From Giardia intestinalis (lineage: Eukaryota), in the NCBI GenBank assembly GCA_000002435.2, contig CM018791.1: DNA of 64,000 nt. One strand, written 5' to 3'. The position numbers were made by a program, and so were the translations under genes. Shown in pieces: positions 50,782-60,761 of this stretch; position 1 is the stretch's first letter, and every line of letters begins with the position of its first letter. Under the pieces are notes generated by a model. That model saw only the letters and a program-made list of their open reading frames with translations. It was not told the DNA's origin and did not search any database.

Positions 50782-51639
50782 TTACTTCTTATTTCTTTCA
50801 GGCATAATAATGGATGGGTGTATCGTGCTCGGCATTGAAAGTACCCTATCCAGTTGAAGAGACACTTCATCAATCGTCTGCCCCTCACAGTTTATACTGA
50901 CTACTGAGTGATTGAAGACCTTATCAACCAAGTCTTTATTCTCAGCATAAACCCTAAATCGCTCACGAATGACATCTTCTCTGTCGTCGGTCCTCACCAC
51001 CACACGATCAGCAATATCCGGTGGTGGGGGGTCATATATAATGTGATAGGTGTTCCCTGTGATGGGGTCAAAGCGCCTGCCACCTAAACGCTGGACCACT
51101 GCCTCCTGATCAACCTTAAGCTCTACAATATGGGTAGGGAAGAGATCAGGAGATGCCCTGAGCGCCGCAGCTTGAGACTCAGACCGGGGAAATCCATCCA
51201 AAAGCCAATTGGAGTCACCGATGGTTGCTATGTGATTTTCGATGAGTTTAATAACTATGCTGTCAGGCACTAGTTGGCCCTTGGATACGTAATCCTTTAT
51301 TTGAGCAGTGATGGGAGAATTACGGTTCATCTCCTCTCGAAGCAAATTCCCCGGAGAGATGTGCTTCAAGGAATATTTGGAAACAAGATGTTTTGCTTGT
51401 GTACCCTTGCCGGCTCCGGGGGCCCCCAAAAGTACCAGCTTAAACAGGTTCTTCTTGCGATCACCGAAGTAGCTACTCAGATATTTTAGCGGGCTTTTAG
51501 GTTGATACTTAATGAGCGACTGCATTGCGAGCTGCAGAGTGGTATACACATTATGCTTTTGTATATAGTCTGTCAGACTACACGAAACCCCTGAGCTTGT
51601 GTTCTCTCTTGCGGTGGATCCATCGTCCGGGGTGGTCAT
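50782..51639 (-). CDS. Adenylate kinase with an N-terminal DPY-30/RIIa-like dimerisation-docking motif (about 285 aa)
   Basis: The track start is TTG 51648; the ATG is at 51637-51639. 'LVLLGAPGAGKGTQAKHL' plus LID/NMP-binding regions identify adenylate kinase. The N-terminal extension 'DYIQKHNVYTTLQLAMQSLIKYQPKSPLKYLSSYF' matches the DPY-30 consensus (YL..V.P.L...L..L...RP..P...L..YL). Confidence 0.78.
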   Translation of the reverse strand: MTTPDDGSTARENTSSGVSCSLTDYIQKHNVYTTLQLAMQSLIKYQPKSPLKYLSSYFGDRKKNLFKLVLLGAPGAGKGTQAKHLVSKYSLKHISPGNLLREEMNRNSPITAQIKDYVSKGQLVPDSIVIKLIENHIATIGDSNWLLDGFPRSESQAAALRASPDLFPTHIVELKVDQEAVVQRLGGRRFDPITGNTYHIIYDPPPPDIADRVVVRTDDREDVIRERFRVYAENKDLVDKVFNHSVVSINCEGQTIDEVSLQLDRVLSMPSTIHPSIIMPERNKK

Positions 51640-51686
51640 GACAAACAAATTTAAAATTCCAGATCTTAAAGTGGGCTTAAAGTCCC

Positions 51687-52793
51687 ATGAATTCTGACAG
51701 CTTTATTCATAAGGAACTTTTGCGTATATATCCAGAATATGGTGAAATAACTGACCCTACCCTACAATTAGACTTCTTCACCGCCTTGCCCCTCACAACA
51801 CGGAGGGCCCTCAAGGCAGCATCTGTGCGCGCAAAGGGAGTTGGGCCCAATAGGCTCCTCATTAACGATCCACAGATTGACACCCAGGCCCTTTGTGCTC
51901 CTGGTACGTCAACGTTATCCTCCTGTCTCACTGACCAACCCACGCTCTCCACGCTGATATCTGCATATGTTGCTTACTACCCCTTTACTGCGGAGGAAGA
52001 CATGCCAGCTGGGCAAACACACAGTGTCTTAGATTCACAAGTTATTGCAGCATACCGCGCCTGGCGGCGAGATGTGACATCCTCTTCGTACATCTCTCTT
52101 CCTGGTCAGACGATGGAGCTTGTTGGCTTTCTGTCTGCCGAGTGCTTAGATGACGATCTCTGTGTAGTTGAAGTGGTAGACCTATACTATCTTTTGCTCC
52201 GCAGGGGCGAGTCCTATGCCAAGCATCTCTTCAGAGCTCGTTTTCCGTTGACCCACGAAATAGACACCCCCAGTATTGGTTCAGCTAAGGGGTATCCCAA
52301 TGAGCCAACGCAGGTCCTCCTTTCCAACGTGCCATTGTTTGCAGACCAAACTTGCAGGAAGCATGCAGACCTTACTGCTATCCTCGAGCAGTTTGTACAG
52401 CTCCGTAAGCAGTTCCGTCTTTGGCTTTTGGCGGATCTTCATTATCAGGTCCTTACACTACTAGACAGCAACTGTACTGGCAACGCAAACAATACCGATG
52501 TATCTATACCCAGCCTTTTTATTCTTGATGAGCCGTTTCTCCCCCAGGACGCTTCAGATGATGTCTATGAGCCTAACGAAAATAAGAATCGGCTTCTTGT
52601 CTTAAAAGATAAAGCTGCAGCCACTAGCATGCTTTTAAACACGCCCTGCATTTCGGATCTTCAGAATAGTCAGGAGAAGAAGGGTCTTGAGGTGCTACAA
52701 TCTCTCCAGAACCATCTCATGCGTTATGTAGACAAGGAGTTTGATGCTTTGTGTGAGGCACACATCCCGCTGTTCCCCAAAGGATGGGCGTAG
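51687..52793 (+). CDS. Hypothetical protein (368 aa)
   Basis: ATG at 51687 preceded by 'caaatttaaaattccagatcttaaag'. No recognised domain. Confidence 0.55.
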   Translation: MNSDSFIHKELLRIYPEYGEITDPTLQLDFFTALPLTTRRALKAASVRAKGVGPNRLLINDPQIDTQALCAPGTSTLSSCLTDQPTLSTLISAYVAYYPFTAEEDMPAGQTHSVLDSQVIAAYRAWRRDVTSSSYISLPGQTMELVGFLSAECLDDDLCVVEVVDLYYLLLRRGESYAKHLFRARFPLTHEIDTPSIGSAKGYPNEPTQVLLSNVPLFADQTCRKHADLTAILEQFVQLRKQFRLWLLADLHYQVLTLLDSNCTGNANNTDVSIPSLFILDEPFLPQDASDDVYEPNENKNRLLVLKDKAAATSMLLNTPCISDLQNSQEKKGLEVLQSLQNHLMRYVDKEFDALCEAHIPLFPKGWA

Positions 52794-52836
52794 CGTAACT
52801 AGCCACCAAAAAGCAAAGGCGTTCACAGCAAAGGTA

Positions 52837-54063
52837 CTATTCACACAGCAGCTTTCTAAGATGGTCCAACCTCTTGGTCAGCCGCGTGGACGAGTGAAGA
52901 AATGCCAGATATGCTTTGTCATAATCATCCACAGCAACTTCCTCCATGATGCCCGTGGGCTGATCAATGCGGTAAGTGAGGCGCTTGGTAACAATCAGCC
53001 TCTCTATCTCCTGCTGCAGGATGTCCACGGGCATCTTTAGGGCAGTTGCTAGCTGAGGTATGCTAGCGTTGATATAGGACCGTAGAAGCTGCTTTATCAT
53101 CAGGGCTCTGTACTCCTTTGTGATGGCTGCACTACACATCCTGAGAAAGGAGCTGCGGCGACAAAGTGAGTATATTTTCAGTAGGGTCTCATTTAGTGCG
53201 CTGTATCTGCATTGCTGCACACACTCTATGGCGTCTGTGAGGTATGGCGTGTTAGAGATAATAGTTAGCGTATCAGAGGACGTCTGCAACAGAGCCAAAA
53301 AATCTTTCCGTGGAAGCACCACCAGATTCATCAGCAGAGCAACAACAATGAAGTCCTCATAGGGGAGTAAGGCCTCTGCAGAGTAGGTTGGTACAACTGC
53401 GTGCAGAAGGGAGGCAACGCGTGTCATTATCCCATACTTATCTAGAGCTGTGCCAGAGGACTGCTTATAGGTGAATGCGTTATATTGATCATTATCTTCT
53501 ATGTTCATGTCTAAGAACCCCATGATCAACCCAAAGCTTAAATAAAACCCATAGATAGACCTATTCTCATAGCTGACGTTGTCTAAAATCTCTTTGCACT
53601 TCTGTAAGTAAACGCTATAGAGGTCCTTATCGTGGTAGAAATAGGCGAGCCGTAAAAACGACAAGTAACATGAAAACACGGCATCACTGGAGACCAAAGG
53701 GATGTGGATTTCATTCAGAGCAGCCTGTGCTTCTGCACACAATCCTGCTGTAAGGTATCGCTTCATCTTTGCCAGTTTAAGCTGTGCCATATCTATGTCA
53801 GTGAGAGTTTTGTCATTGAGTCGTCTGTCGATATCTAGAACTTCATCATCAACCTGCTTCCGAAGCGCGCTCATTATCTGCGGATTAAGATCTAAAAATC
53901 CGATGAGGGTGCAGAAGTCATAACAACCCGGGAGACAATGTTGCTCGATAAGCTCAAGGGCTTCTTTCTGGAACGCTGTAAGGTCCGTCTTCCCATAATT
54001 ATGAGCTCCTTCACAGAGACAGTCCTTGAGTGCAACGACGGGGTCTAGGCCGGCACTCTTCAT
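52837..54063 (-). CDS. PCI-domain protein, probably a 26S proteasome lid subunit (Rpn7/PSMD6-like, 408 aa)
   Basis: TPR-like helical N-terminal region. The C-terminal winged-helix 'LATALKMPVDILQQEIERLIVTKRLTYRIDQPTGIMEEV' resembles the PCI motif of Rpn7/CSN1 ('LAE.[33 protein letters not shown]'). I cannot assign the exact lid or CSN subunit. Confidence 0.55.
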   Translation of the reverse strand: MKSAGLDPVVALKDCLCEGAHNYGKTDLTAFQKEALELIEQHCLPGCYDFCTLIGFLDLNPQIMSALRKQVDDEVLDIDRRLNDKTLTDIDMAQLKLAKMKRYLTAGLCAEAQAALNEIHIPLVSSDAVFSCYLSFLRLAYFYHDKDLYSVYLQKCKEILDNVSYENRSIYGFYLSFGLIMGFLDMNIEDNDQYNAFTYKQSSGTALDKYGIMTRVASLLHAVVPTYSAEALLPYEDFIVVALLMNLVVLPRKDFLALLQTSSDTLTIISNTPYLTDAIECVQQCRYSALNETLLKIYSLCRRSSFLRMCSAAITKEYRALMIKQLLRSYINASIPQLATALKMPVDILQQEIERLIVTKRLTYRIDQPTGIMEEVAVDDYDKAYLAFLHSSTRLTKRLDHLRKLLCE

Positions 54064-54129
54064 GTCTCGATATTTTTTTTTAAAGAAAATGCTTAAACTG
54101 ATTTACACTGTAACACACCGCAGCTGCTA

Positions 54130-54885
54130 TTACTGTTTAATGGATCTCTTTATCGCCCGTCTACCATCAGGACGTGGCCGCTTGTCTCCCAACTTACAAT
54201 GCTCCATTCCCGATTCGGGGCCCTGCGTGCTTTCAGCAATGTGCCTTTTTATGAGATTAGTATTGCTATCACTCAATTGTGTGATAAGGTCTTTAGCCTC
54301 GTAATAGAGAGACACCAGACGGTTGGAGCGATCACCCAGCTTCAGGACTAAGGTCTCATATTCGCTAACCCGCCGTTCCAGTACGTTCAGTACTTGCTCC
54401 TCTATGCTCGCGGACTCCTTCTGTATACTTGCCTCAGACTTTAATGTCTCCAAATCCGAAAAAAGCTCGTCTTCCTGAAGCACGTGTTTCCCGAGACCTT
54501 CAATTTTGATCTGTAAAACGTCTACGGATTGTAGTATGCTCTCTGCTAGATCTATCTGCCTTAGAAGGGTCTGCTTATGCATAGCCAGCTTCAATGCTTC
54601 GCGCTGTATGGCTCTAGTAGTCTCCAGTTGATCAGGCCCCTTTACCACATCCTTGCTGCCAGAGCCTGGATGCGCAGAGGCCATCTTTGAGGAGCTGGCC
54701 AACCGCTTGTTCGGGGGAACTTTTGCTGGAACCTTCAGCTGACTGAGGTGAAGGGAAGCAGACTCCATGGCATAAATAAATGCAAAATTCTTTAACCTGA
54801 AAACAAAATGGCTAGCAACACGAGGAAACGAGTGTTTCGCCGGGCATAACTGGGCATGCATTTTCCTTGCCCAGTCTGCCTCCAT
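54130..54885 (-). CDS. Coiled-coil hypothetical protein (about 251 aa)
   Basis: The track start is TTG 54906; the first ATG is at 54883-54885. Helical and charged throughout. Confidence 0.45.
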   Translation of the reverse strand: MEADWARKMHAQLCPAKHSFPRVASHFVFRLKNFAFIYAMESASLHLSQLKVPAKVPPNKRLASSSKMASAHPGSGSKDVVKGPDQLETTRAIQREALKLAMHKQTLLRQIDLAESILQSVDVLQIKIEGLGKHVLQEDELFSDLETLKSEASIQKESASIEEQVLNVLERRVSEYETLVLKLGDRSNRLVSLYYEAKDLITQLSDSNTNLIKRHIAESTQGPESGMEHCKLGDKRPRPDGRRAIKRSIKQ

Positions 54886-54965
54886 ACTAATTTCTCCTTT
54901 ACTCAATCAGGATGGCGAGCGGCAGTGTGAATGATGTGTCTTAGCAGAATTTTAACTAGGGGAAA

Positions 54966-56255
54966 ATGGCCGTATCAGTCATCACGACGGACGATTGGTT
55001 TAAGGCCATCCGTTGTTCTAAGTACCCTCTTGTCACAAAGTACATCCATGAGTTCAAGGGCAAGCGATGCTCTATGGAGTGGACGGCACTAATGTGGGCA
55101 GCAAAATTTGGGGATGTGAAAATGGTCGAGCTCCTTGCTGAGCATGAGCATTCTTTGATAAACGATAATATGGAGACTGCTCTTATGATCGCCTGCCGCT
55201 TCCGCAACTACCACGCAGCCAATATCCTTGTGAAGTACGAGGCCGGCAGACAGGACAAGCTTGGCTGGACGGCGCTCATGTGGTTATCAGTCATGGGCGG
55301 GGCTGACACAGCAAATTTACTGGTGGCAAGAGAGGCGTGTAAGCAGGATAAAGACGGGCAGACAGCTCTTATGCTCAGCATAGAAAAAGGCCACTACGAC
55401 ATTTCGGCCCTTCTTCTTGGCCACGAGGCCAGAATGGCAATGAAGAACGGTCTTACTGCATTGATGAAGGCCTCCATGTTGGGCAATCAAGATGTGGTCA
55501 GAAGATTGGCTCCTTACGAACTTGGAATGCAAGATTCTAAGGGGAAAACAGCGCTCATGCACGCAATAATGAAGAGAAACACATGGCTATTTGACGTGTT
55601 AGGTCCAGAGGCAAGCATAGTCGATTCAGAGAATACTACGCCCTTTGAGTTGGCTCGAAAGGAAGAACTGGATTCATATCATCTACTAAATCTGCTGTTA
55701 ACGCGGAGATATCTCGATGATCAACGCAGAAATCTTTGGTTGATGATTATTCTCTTTTACATTAGTACGACTAGTCTCAAGCTGCTCTTTGGCGATTCCC
55801 AGACAATTGTCGCCATAAATGACTTAACAGAGTCTTTTCTCTCGCTCCTCTTTGATGATCTGGACTTGACAGCCACCTCACCGATCAATGCTGATGGATT
55901 TAGCACCAATCTCAATCGTACTGATAAGAGTGGCACCACTGATGATACAGACATCACAATGGAGTGGAGCACCCAGCGCCCTCAAGCAGCCTTTATAGAG
56001 CCACTGATGGATGCCGGACTTAAAGCGATAGAAGACCTAAATAACAACATAGATATACAGCCATGCGCGGTGTGTTTGGACTTTATCTGTGAAATGGTTT
56101 TCTTGCCCTGCAAGCACTGCGTTACATGCCATAATTGTACAGAGGCAATCAAGGCCAAGTGTCCTTATTGTAGAGAAGAAATCAAGGATATGATTCAGCT
56201 AGATTACTCCTTTGAGACCCCCTCTATTTTTAAAGTAATTGGGGCCACAGAGTAA
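54966..56255 (+). CDS. Ankyrin-repeat protein with C-terminal C3HC4 RING finger (putative E3 ligase; Giardia '21.1'-like ankyrin family) (429 aa)
   Basis: Six or more ankyrin repeats ('GWTALMWAAKFGDVKMVELL', 'GQTALMLSIEKGHYDISALLL', 'GKTALMHAIMKRN...'). C-terminal RING 'CAVCLDFICEMVFLPCKHCVTCHNCTEAIKAKCPYC'. Confidence 0.72.
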   Translation: MAVSVITTDDWFKAIRCSKYPLVTKYIHEFKGKRCSMEWTALMWAAKFGDVKMVELLAEHEHSLINDNMETALMIACRFRNYHAANILVKYEAGRQDKLGWTALMWLSVMGGADTANLLVAREACKQDKDGQTALMLSIEKGHYDISALLLGHEARMAMKNGLTALMKASMLGNQDVVRRLAPYELGMQDSKGKTALMHAIMKRNTWLFDVLGPEASIVDSENTTPFELARKEELDSYHLLNLLLTRRYLDDQRRNLWLMIILFYISTTSLKLLFGDSQTIVAINDLTESFLSLLFDDLDLTATSPINADGFSTNLNRTDKSGTTDDTDITMEWSTQRPQAAFIEPLMDAGLKAIEDLNNNIDIQPCAVCLDFICEMVFLPCKHCVTCHNCTEAIKAKCPYCREEIKDMIQLDYSFETPSIFKVIGATE

Positions 56256-56283
56256 GTTTTCTGCGATGGAGCCATGCCCGCCT

Positions 56284-58806
56284 TTACTGGCTAAAATCAC
56301 CTGGCCCATCATTTTCATTGAAGAAATCAGCATTGATGCGTCTGTTTGTATCTCTAGCCTGCTGGATGAAAAAGGCACGTATAGTCCGGATGGCTTCGTC
56401 CTGTGTGGTTATTTGGCTGTTCTTCCCACGGACCATTTCTTGCATCCACCGGGTAGTCCACTTGATGCACTCTCCGAATCTCTCGTCAGCCAAGATGACA
56501 GCGGCATAATCGTTATCTTTTCTTGTCACTCTGCCGATACATTGGGTCAAAACACGCCCTGCATCAAAGTGGATGTATTCGCTGGGTTTTATGCCGAATT
56601 TTGCGTTAAGGTAGTTTAGCTTCATATGGATAAGGGTGCTGCCGGAGTATAGGTACGGCACACCAATGAGTATTATGCTGCGAGCATGGTGGTACTTAAA
56701 GTCTATTCCCTCTGATAGCTTTCCGCGCGCAATAGCAAACAAAACTGCTCCCCTTCCACTGTCACAGCACTTTCGATAACAAGCTACTGCATGCATTGTT
56801 TCAATGGGGTCTGGCGTCTCGAAGAATACAAGCTTATTGTTTGTTATGACTCTAAACATATTTGAGGACGTTATGTTCCACAGGGTTATGAGGTCTTCCA
56901 TGAAGCGATACGACGGGAAGAAGACGATAAGGCCGTCGGCTGTGGATGATGATATCTGAGCAAGTATCCGACCATAGTTCTGCACTGCCGATGGGGTGGT
57001 TCTGAAGAAGAACTGTGTTGTAAGCTTCGCCTGGTCTGCCCCCTTACCAATTATCTTAATACATATGTTGGACTGTGCTCCGCTTTCAATAATACACTTC
57101 TTAACAACAGGCTCCACTGAGCGCTCGCATTGCTCAGCGTACATGGTTATTCCTAATATGCGTTCGATCAATGAGGGCTTAGTCGCCTCTGCCACTCCGG
57201 ATGAGTTAATTGAGGTATCTGTACACTCATAGGAGGCAAACAGAGTTGCACTCATCATCATGATCAGAGGAAAGTACTGGTATACCGGCCGTAAAGCGAT
57301 AAACGGGTCTTGGCACACAAGTCTATACAGCGTCTGATGCTTGCTGTGCTCAAATATCTGTTGTGTATGAGCCAGCAGAGTGTCGTCGTCACCCATTGAG
57401 GTCTGAGGTTTTTGTATGACAGTGAAGAACTTTTCGTAGCTAAGAGAGGATGAGTATGTTCGGAAGTGCTTTAGTGTCTCAACACTCCCAAAGTACCCCA
57501 ACAGGGACAAGAACTGAACTAATTGTGGAAGGTTCTTATCAAATATACAATAATATGATTGATAATAGTGTAGATACTCAGGTGACAACTGAAGAAAGGA
57601 CTCGGTAATAAACTGCAAGCGCACAAGGTTCAGCACATCCACGTGAGGAAGAGACACAACGTCCTTAGTCAAGCGGTCCGAGAGCTGCTCCTTTAATAAC
57701 CTGACTATCCTTAGCAGTCCGGACAAAAACTGCTGAGGTGTTTTGACAGCTGCATAAGATTCTGATGAGAGTAAGAGCACATCTGCCGGAGCTGAGCCAG
57801 AGAAGAGGAGCCTGCTGTCCTGCTGGACTGTCTTGATTGCCCGCTCTTTGCGCAAAAAGGACCTATCAGGTGAGAATGGAGGCGGCGGTGGACGTGCGCT
57901 GTGTGCAATTGAGGCCGACATCGCGTGAATAGATTGTTCGCAGTCCACTACCAATTTGTAGCTCAGGTGCATGGACATTGCATCACAAGCAGCGTACTCT
58001 AAATTATGCGCCTCGTCTATGATAAGGAGCGTGTTCTGATCCAGTATTGCACCCAGCGGTCCTGCACACTTGGGATCTAACACGTAATTGTAGCTTCCTA
58101 CGATTATATCGGCTGTATGGAGTAAACGACGATTAGCAAAATAAGGGCACACTACTCCGCCATTGTACGTTCTACACTGATTAATAAACTCTGGAATGGT
58201 GTACGATTCTCTGCCTATGGATAGCTCACCTTCCTCTTCGAGTGTTTTCTTGAACGCTGGGCACATGACGGTATCCTCCAAGTCAACGCCCCTAGTGATT
58301 TTAATGCACTCTGTGTCTAGGTATGCAGCTCTAGAAACAGATTCATTAACGCACAACCGCCTGCGCGATGTAATAGGCAATGCTCGTAGCTTTCTGAATG
58401 GCGGGGCTCTAACACTTGAATTCGGGGGTTCTTTCTTTAGTGAAGGCTCTGCACCCACAGTAACAGCAGAAGAAGCAGTAGCTCCGGCTACAGACTTGAA
58501 GGCATCACTGCGGGCTTTGTTAAGGTGAAAGATTTCCCCGAGCACATGGTCTACAACAGGGATAGTGCGACAGAGAAAGACTATGCGAGATATGGCCGTG
58601 GGATATGCGTCCCAAAAGGACGCAGCTGCCGACAACACAGCTAGTGTCTTGCCAGACCCTGTCTTTGCTTCAAGAAGAGAAAGAGCCCGCTTCCCCCCTA
58701 TCCCTGTCCGCAAGACATCGCACACATGCTCCATGATCTGTAGCTGTTGTTTACTGACGGTGGGATATGGATAGACAATGGAGAGGCCACCGACATCAAT
58801 CAACAT
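56284..58806 (-). CDS. ERCC2: Rad3/XPD-family FeS DNA helicase (ERCC2/XPD-like, 840 aa)
   Basis: The N-terminus 'GLSIVYPYPTVSKQQLQIMEHV...EAKTGSGKTLAVL' parallels XPD as recalled ('[22 protein letters not shown]...EMPSGTGKT'). A four-Cys FeS insert lies between motifs I and II ('RRLCVNE...MCPAF...NQCRTY...VVCPYF'). DEAH box 'IIDEAHNLE'. A Helicase_C_2-type C-terminal half follows. Confidence 0.72.
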   Translation of the reverse strand: MLIDVGGLSIVYPYPTVSKQQLQIMEHVCDVLRTGIGGKRALSLLEAKTGSGKTLAVLSAAASFWDAYPTAISRIVFLCRTIPVVDHVLGEIFHLNKARSDAFKSVAGATASSAVTVGAEPSLKKEPPNSSVRAPPFRKLRALPITSRRRLCVNESVSRAAYLDTECIKITRGVDLEDTVMCPAFKKTLEEEGELSIGRESYTIPEFINQCRTYNGGVVCPYFANRRLLHTADIIVGSYNYVLDPKCAGPLGAILDQNTLLIIDEAHNLEYAACDAMSMHLSYKLVVDCEQSIHAMSASIAHSARPPPPPFSPDRSFLRKERAIKTVQQDSRLLFSGSAPADVLLLSSESYAAVKTPQQFLSGLLRIVRLLKEQLSDRLTKDVVSLPHVDVLNLVRLQFITESFLQLSPEYLHYYQSYYCIFDKNLPQLVQFLSLLGYFGSVETLKHFRTYSSSLSYEKFFTVIQKPQTSMGDDDTLLAHTQQIFEHSKHQTLYRLVCQDPFIALRPVYQYFPLIMMMSATLFASYECTDTSINSSGVAEATKPSLIERILGITMYAEQCERSVEPVVKKCIIESGAQSNICIKIIGKGADQAKLTTQFFFRTTPSAVQNYGRILAQISSSTADGLIVFFPSYRFMEDLITLWNITSSNMFRVITNNKLVFFETPDPIETMHAVACYRKCCDSGRGAVLFAIARGKLSEGIDFKYHHARSIILIGVPYLYSGSTLIHMKLNYLNAKFGIKPSEYIHFDAGRVLTQCIGRVTRKDNDYAAVILADERFGECIKWTTRWMQEMVRGKNSQITTQDEAIRTIRAFFIQQARDTNRRINADFFNENDGPGDFSQ

Positions 58807-58820
58807 TTTAAGTCCCCAGC

Positions 58821-60068
58821 TTACGGCGGCTTGTGAACTGATGCCTCTGAATAGAAAATTTGCCCCCGGAGACTTTCAGGGAGGGTGCTCTCCAAAACAT
58901 AGCCACCATAATTGTGCGGATAAACGTAATTGGCGCCTGCAGAGGCACTTTTGTAGCCTTCTGGGGGCAAGCAATCTGTTGGAGTAGCGCTATCGATAGC
59001 TGCAAATGCGTTGTTAAGAGCTGTACCGGCAGAGTTGCTTTTTGGAGCTAGAGAAAGGTAGAGAGCTGTCTGGGCCAGAGCATAGTGAGCTTCTGGAAGA
59101 CCGATGACTTCAGTTGCTCGATAGCACGACACAGCTACAGATAGAGCCTGTGAATCAGCGAGGCCTATATCTTCTGACGCCGAGATAATTAACCGCCGAG
59201 CTATGTAGAGAGGGTCAACAGCAGTGCGCAACAGGAATGCCAGATAGAAGATTGCTCCCTGAGGATCCGATGCACGAATAGCTTTAATCATTCCCGACAC
59301 TCCCTCATACTTGACTTGTTCTTGGTTAAGTGTACAGTGCATGATTGCATCTCCGTGGGCACCTCCTGATAGGAGTAGAGCTACACCTTGTTCAGTGATT
59401 CGTCCACCTGTGACAGACAGCTCCAGCAGAGAAAGAGCCTTTCTCCCATCTCCGCGGGCAGCAACAACAATCTTGGCTATCGCCGAGGGCTCCACGCAAA
59501 TGTCAAGGGGAACAGAAGTGTCAAGTTTGTCAAGCATGCTATTCAGGCCTCGAACGCAGATCTGAAGGATATCCTTTGAGGTAAGCGCGTTAAATGATAG
59601 AAGAAAGCAACGGGAGCGTAGCCCCTCGATTATTGCCGTATACGGAGACGATGTTGTTGCTAGGATAAGCGTCAGCACGCCCTCTTCAACGGCTGACAAA
59701 AGTCTGTCTTGCTGTGCCTTTGTACACCTATGAGCCTCGTCGACAAAAAGGCAAACACGCGCACTTGTTAAGCTGTTGGCCCGATCGGTGTATATTCTTT
59801 CCGTGACCTTATTTAGCTCTGCAACGGTGGCCTGCCCAGGTTTAAACTCTATCAGTCTATAGGATGGGTCGAAGGACTTAGCGTATAATCGCGCAAAGCT
59901 TGTCTTGCCAGTTCCCGGTGGGCCGGTTATAATAATGGACTGAAGGACGTGGGTTGTCCGTGATTGCTCATATATGCGACTGATGACCCCGTCCGTTAAA
60001 GACAGGATGTGATGGTTGCCAATAATCTCGTCGATAGTAGTCGGCCTGAGCCGCATGGATAGACACAT
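58821..60068 (-). CDS. AAA+ ATPase of the WRNIP1/Mgs1/RarA family (about 416 aa from ATG 60068)
   Basis: 'MRLRPTTIDEIIGNHHIL...ITGPPGTGKTSFARL', sensor region 'LILATTSSPYTAIIEGLRSRCFLLSFNAL' and C-terminal 'DPLYIARRLIISASEDIGLADSQALSVAVSCYRATEVIGLPEAHYALAQTALYLSLAPKSN' match the MgsA/WRNIP1 hallmarks. The track ORF extends to GTG 60374 and upstream ATGs exist (60350, 60209, 60170). Those would overlap PTH2 on the other strand, so I chose 60068 (alternative 60056). Confidence 0.66.
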   Translation of the reverse strand: MCLSMRLRPTTIDEIIGNHHILSLTDGVISRIYEQSRTTHVLQSIIITGPPGTGKTSFARLYAKSFDPSYRLIEFKPGQATVAELNKVTERIYTDRANSLTSARVCLFVDEAHRCTKAQQDRLLSAVEEGVLTLILATTSSPYTAIIEGLRSRCFLLSFNALTSKDILQICVRGLNSMLDKLDTSVPLDICVEPSAIAKIVVAARGDGRKALSLLELSVTGGRITEQGVALLLSGGAHGDAIMHCTLNQEQVKYEGVSGMIKAIRASDPQGAIFYLAFLLRTAVDPLYIARRLIISASEDIGLADSQALSVAVSCYRATEVIGLPEAHYALAQTALYLSLAPKSNSAGTALNNAFAAIDSATPTDCLPPEGYKSASAGANYVYPHNYGGYVLESTLPESLRGQIFYSEASVHKPP

Positions 60069-60168
60069 CGCCTCCTGGCGATGTGAAGTTGGTGGCGAAG
60101 CGGGCCCAATGGCGCTCGTTATAATTATTTCAGGGCATAAAATTTTAATAGGATTTTGGCTGTTCCAC

Positions 60169-60693
60169 ATGGAGCATCTGGGATGCTGGCTAATTGGGGC
60201 TATATCCATTGGAATAGCTCTTGTGGCTGGCCTGGTTATAGGCCGGGGGAGCTGTCCCAAAGATTTTGACAAGTACCCGGTTGACGATTGTTCTTGGCCC
60301 TCTGGCGACCACGACTCTTGCGATCCAGAAGGCGACGAACAGCAAAGCATGAAATTGGTGATATTAGTGCGCACAGATATTAAGATGACCAGAGGAAAGG
60401 CGTGTGCACAGTGTAGCCATGCCGCTGTACGCGCGTGCCAGGTGGCTCACCGCTACGCCCCACAAAAGCTCCGTGCGTGGCTGAGCCAAGGGCAAAAGAA
60501 AATAACCTTAAAGGTAACCGAGCAAGAGCTGTCAAGCTTGCTGGACAAGTTGCACCAAACTGACATTATATGCGGCAGAATCCAAGATGCTGGTCACACG
60601 CAGGTAGACCCTGGCACTGTAACCGTCGGTTTTGTGGGGCCATGGGACGAAGCTGAGCTCGACAAAATAACAGGCCACCTGAAACTCTATTAG
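60169..60693 (+). CDS. PTRH2: Peptidyl-tRNA hydrolase 2 (PTH2) with N-terminal membrane anchor (about 174 aa)
   Basis: '[27 protein letters not shown]...KITLKV...[21 protein letters not shown]...ITGHLKLY' is collinear with human PTRH2 as recalled ('[25 protein letters not shown]...[21 protein letters not shown]...VTGHLKLY'). It is preceded by TM '[18 protein letters not shown]'. The start could alternatively be ATG 60109. Confidence 0.75.
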   Translation: [174 protein letters not shown]

Positions 60694-60761
60694 CATCGGG
60701 CAATGAAGATAGGTAAACAAATTGGCCCTGGCAGTTTCTTTCTTGTCAAAAAACTTAATTT

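Noticed and set aside
60016-60168. Apparent 360-bp antisense overlap between the PTH2 ORF (60016..60693 +) and the AAA+ ATPase ORF (58821..60374 -).
   Set aside because: It is an artefact of the alternative-start extensions. The conserved cores of both proteins start inside the non-overlapping parts, leaving a spacer of about 40-100 bp.
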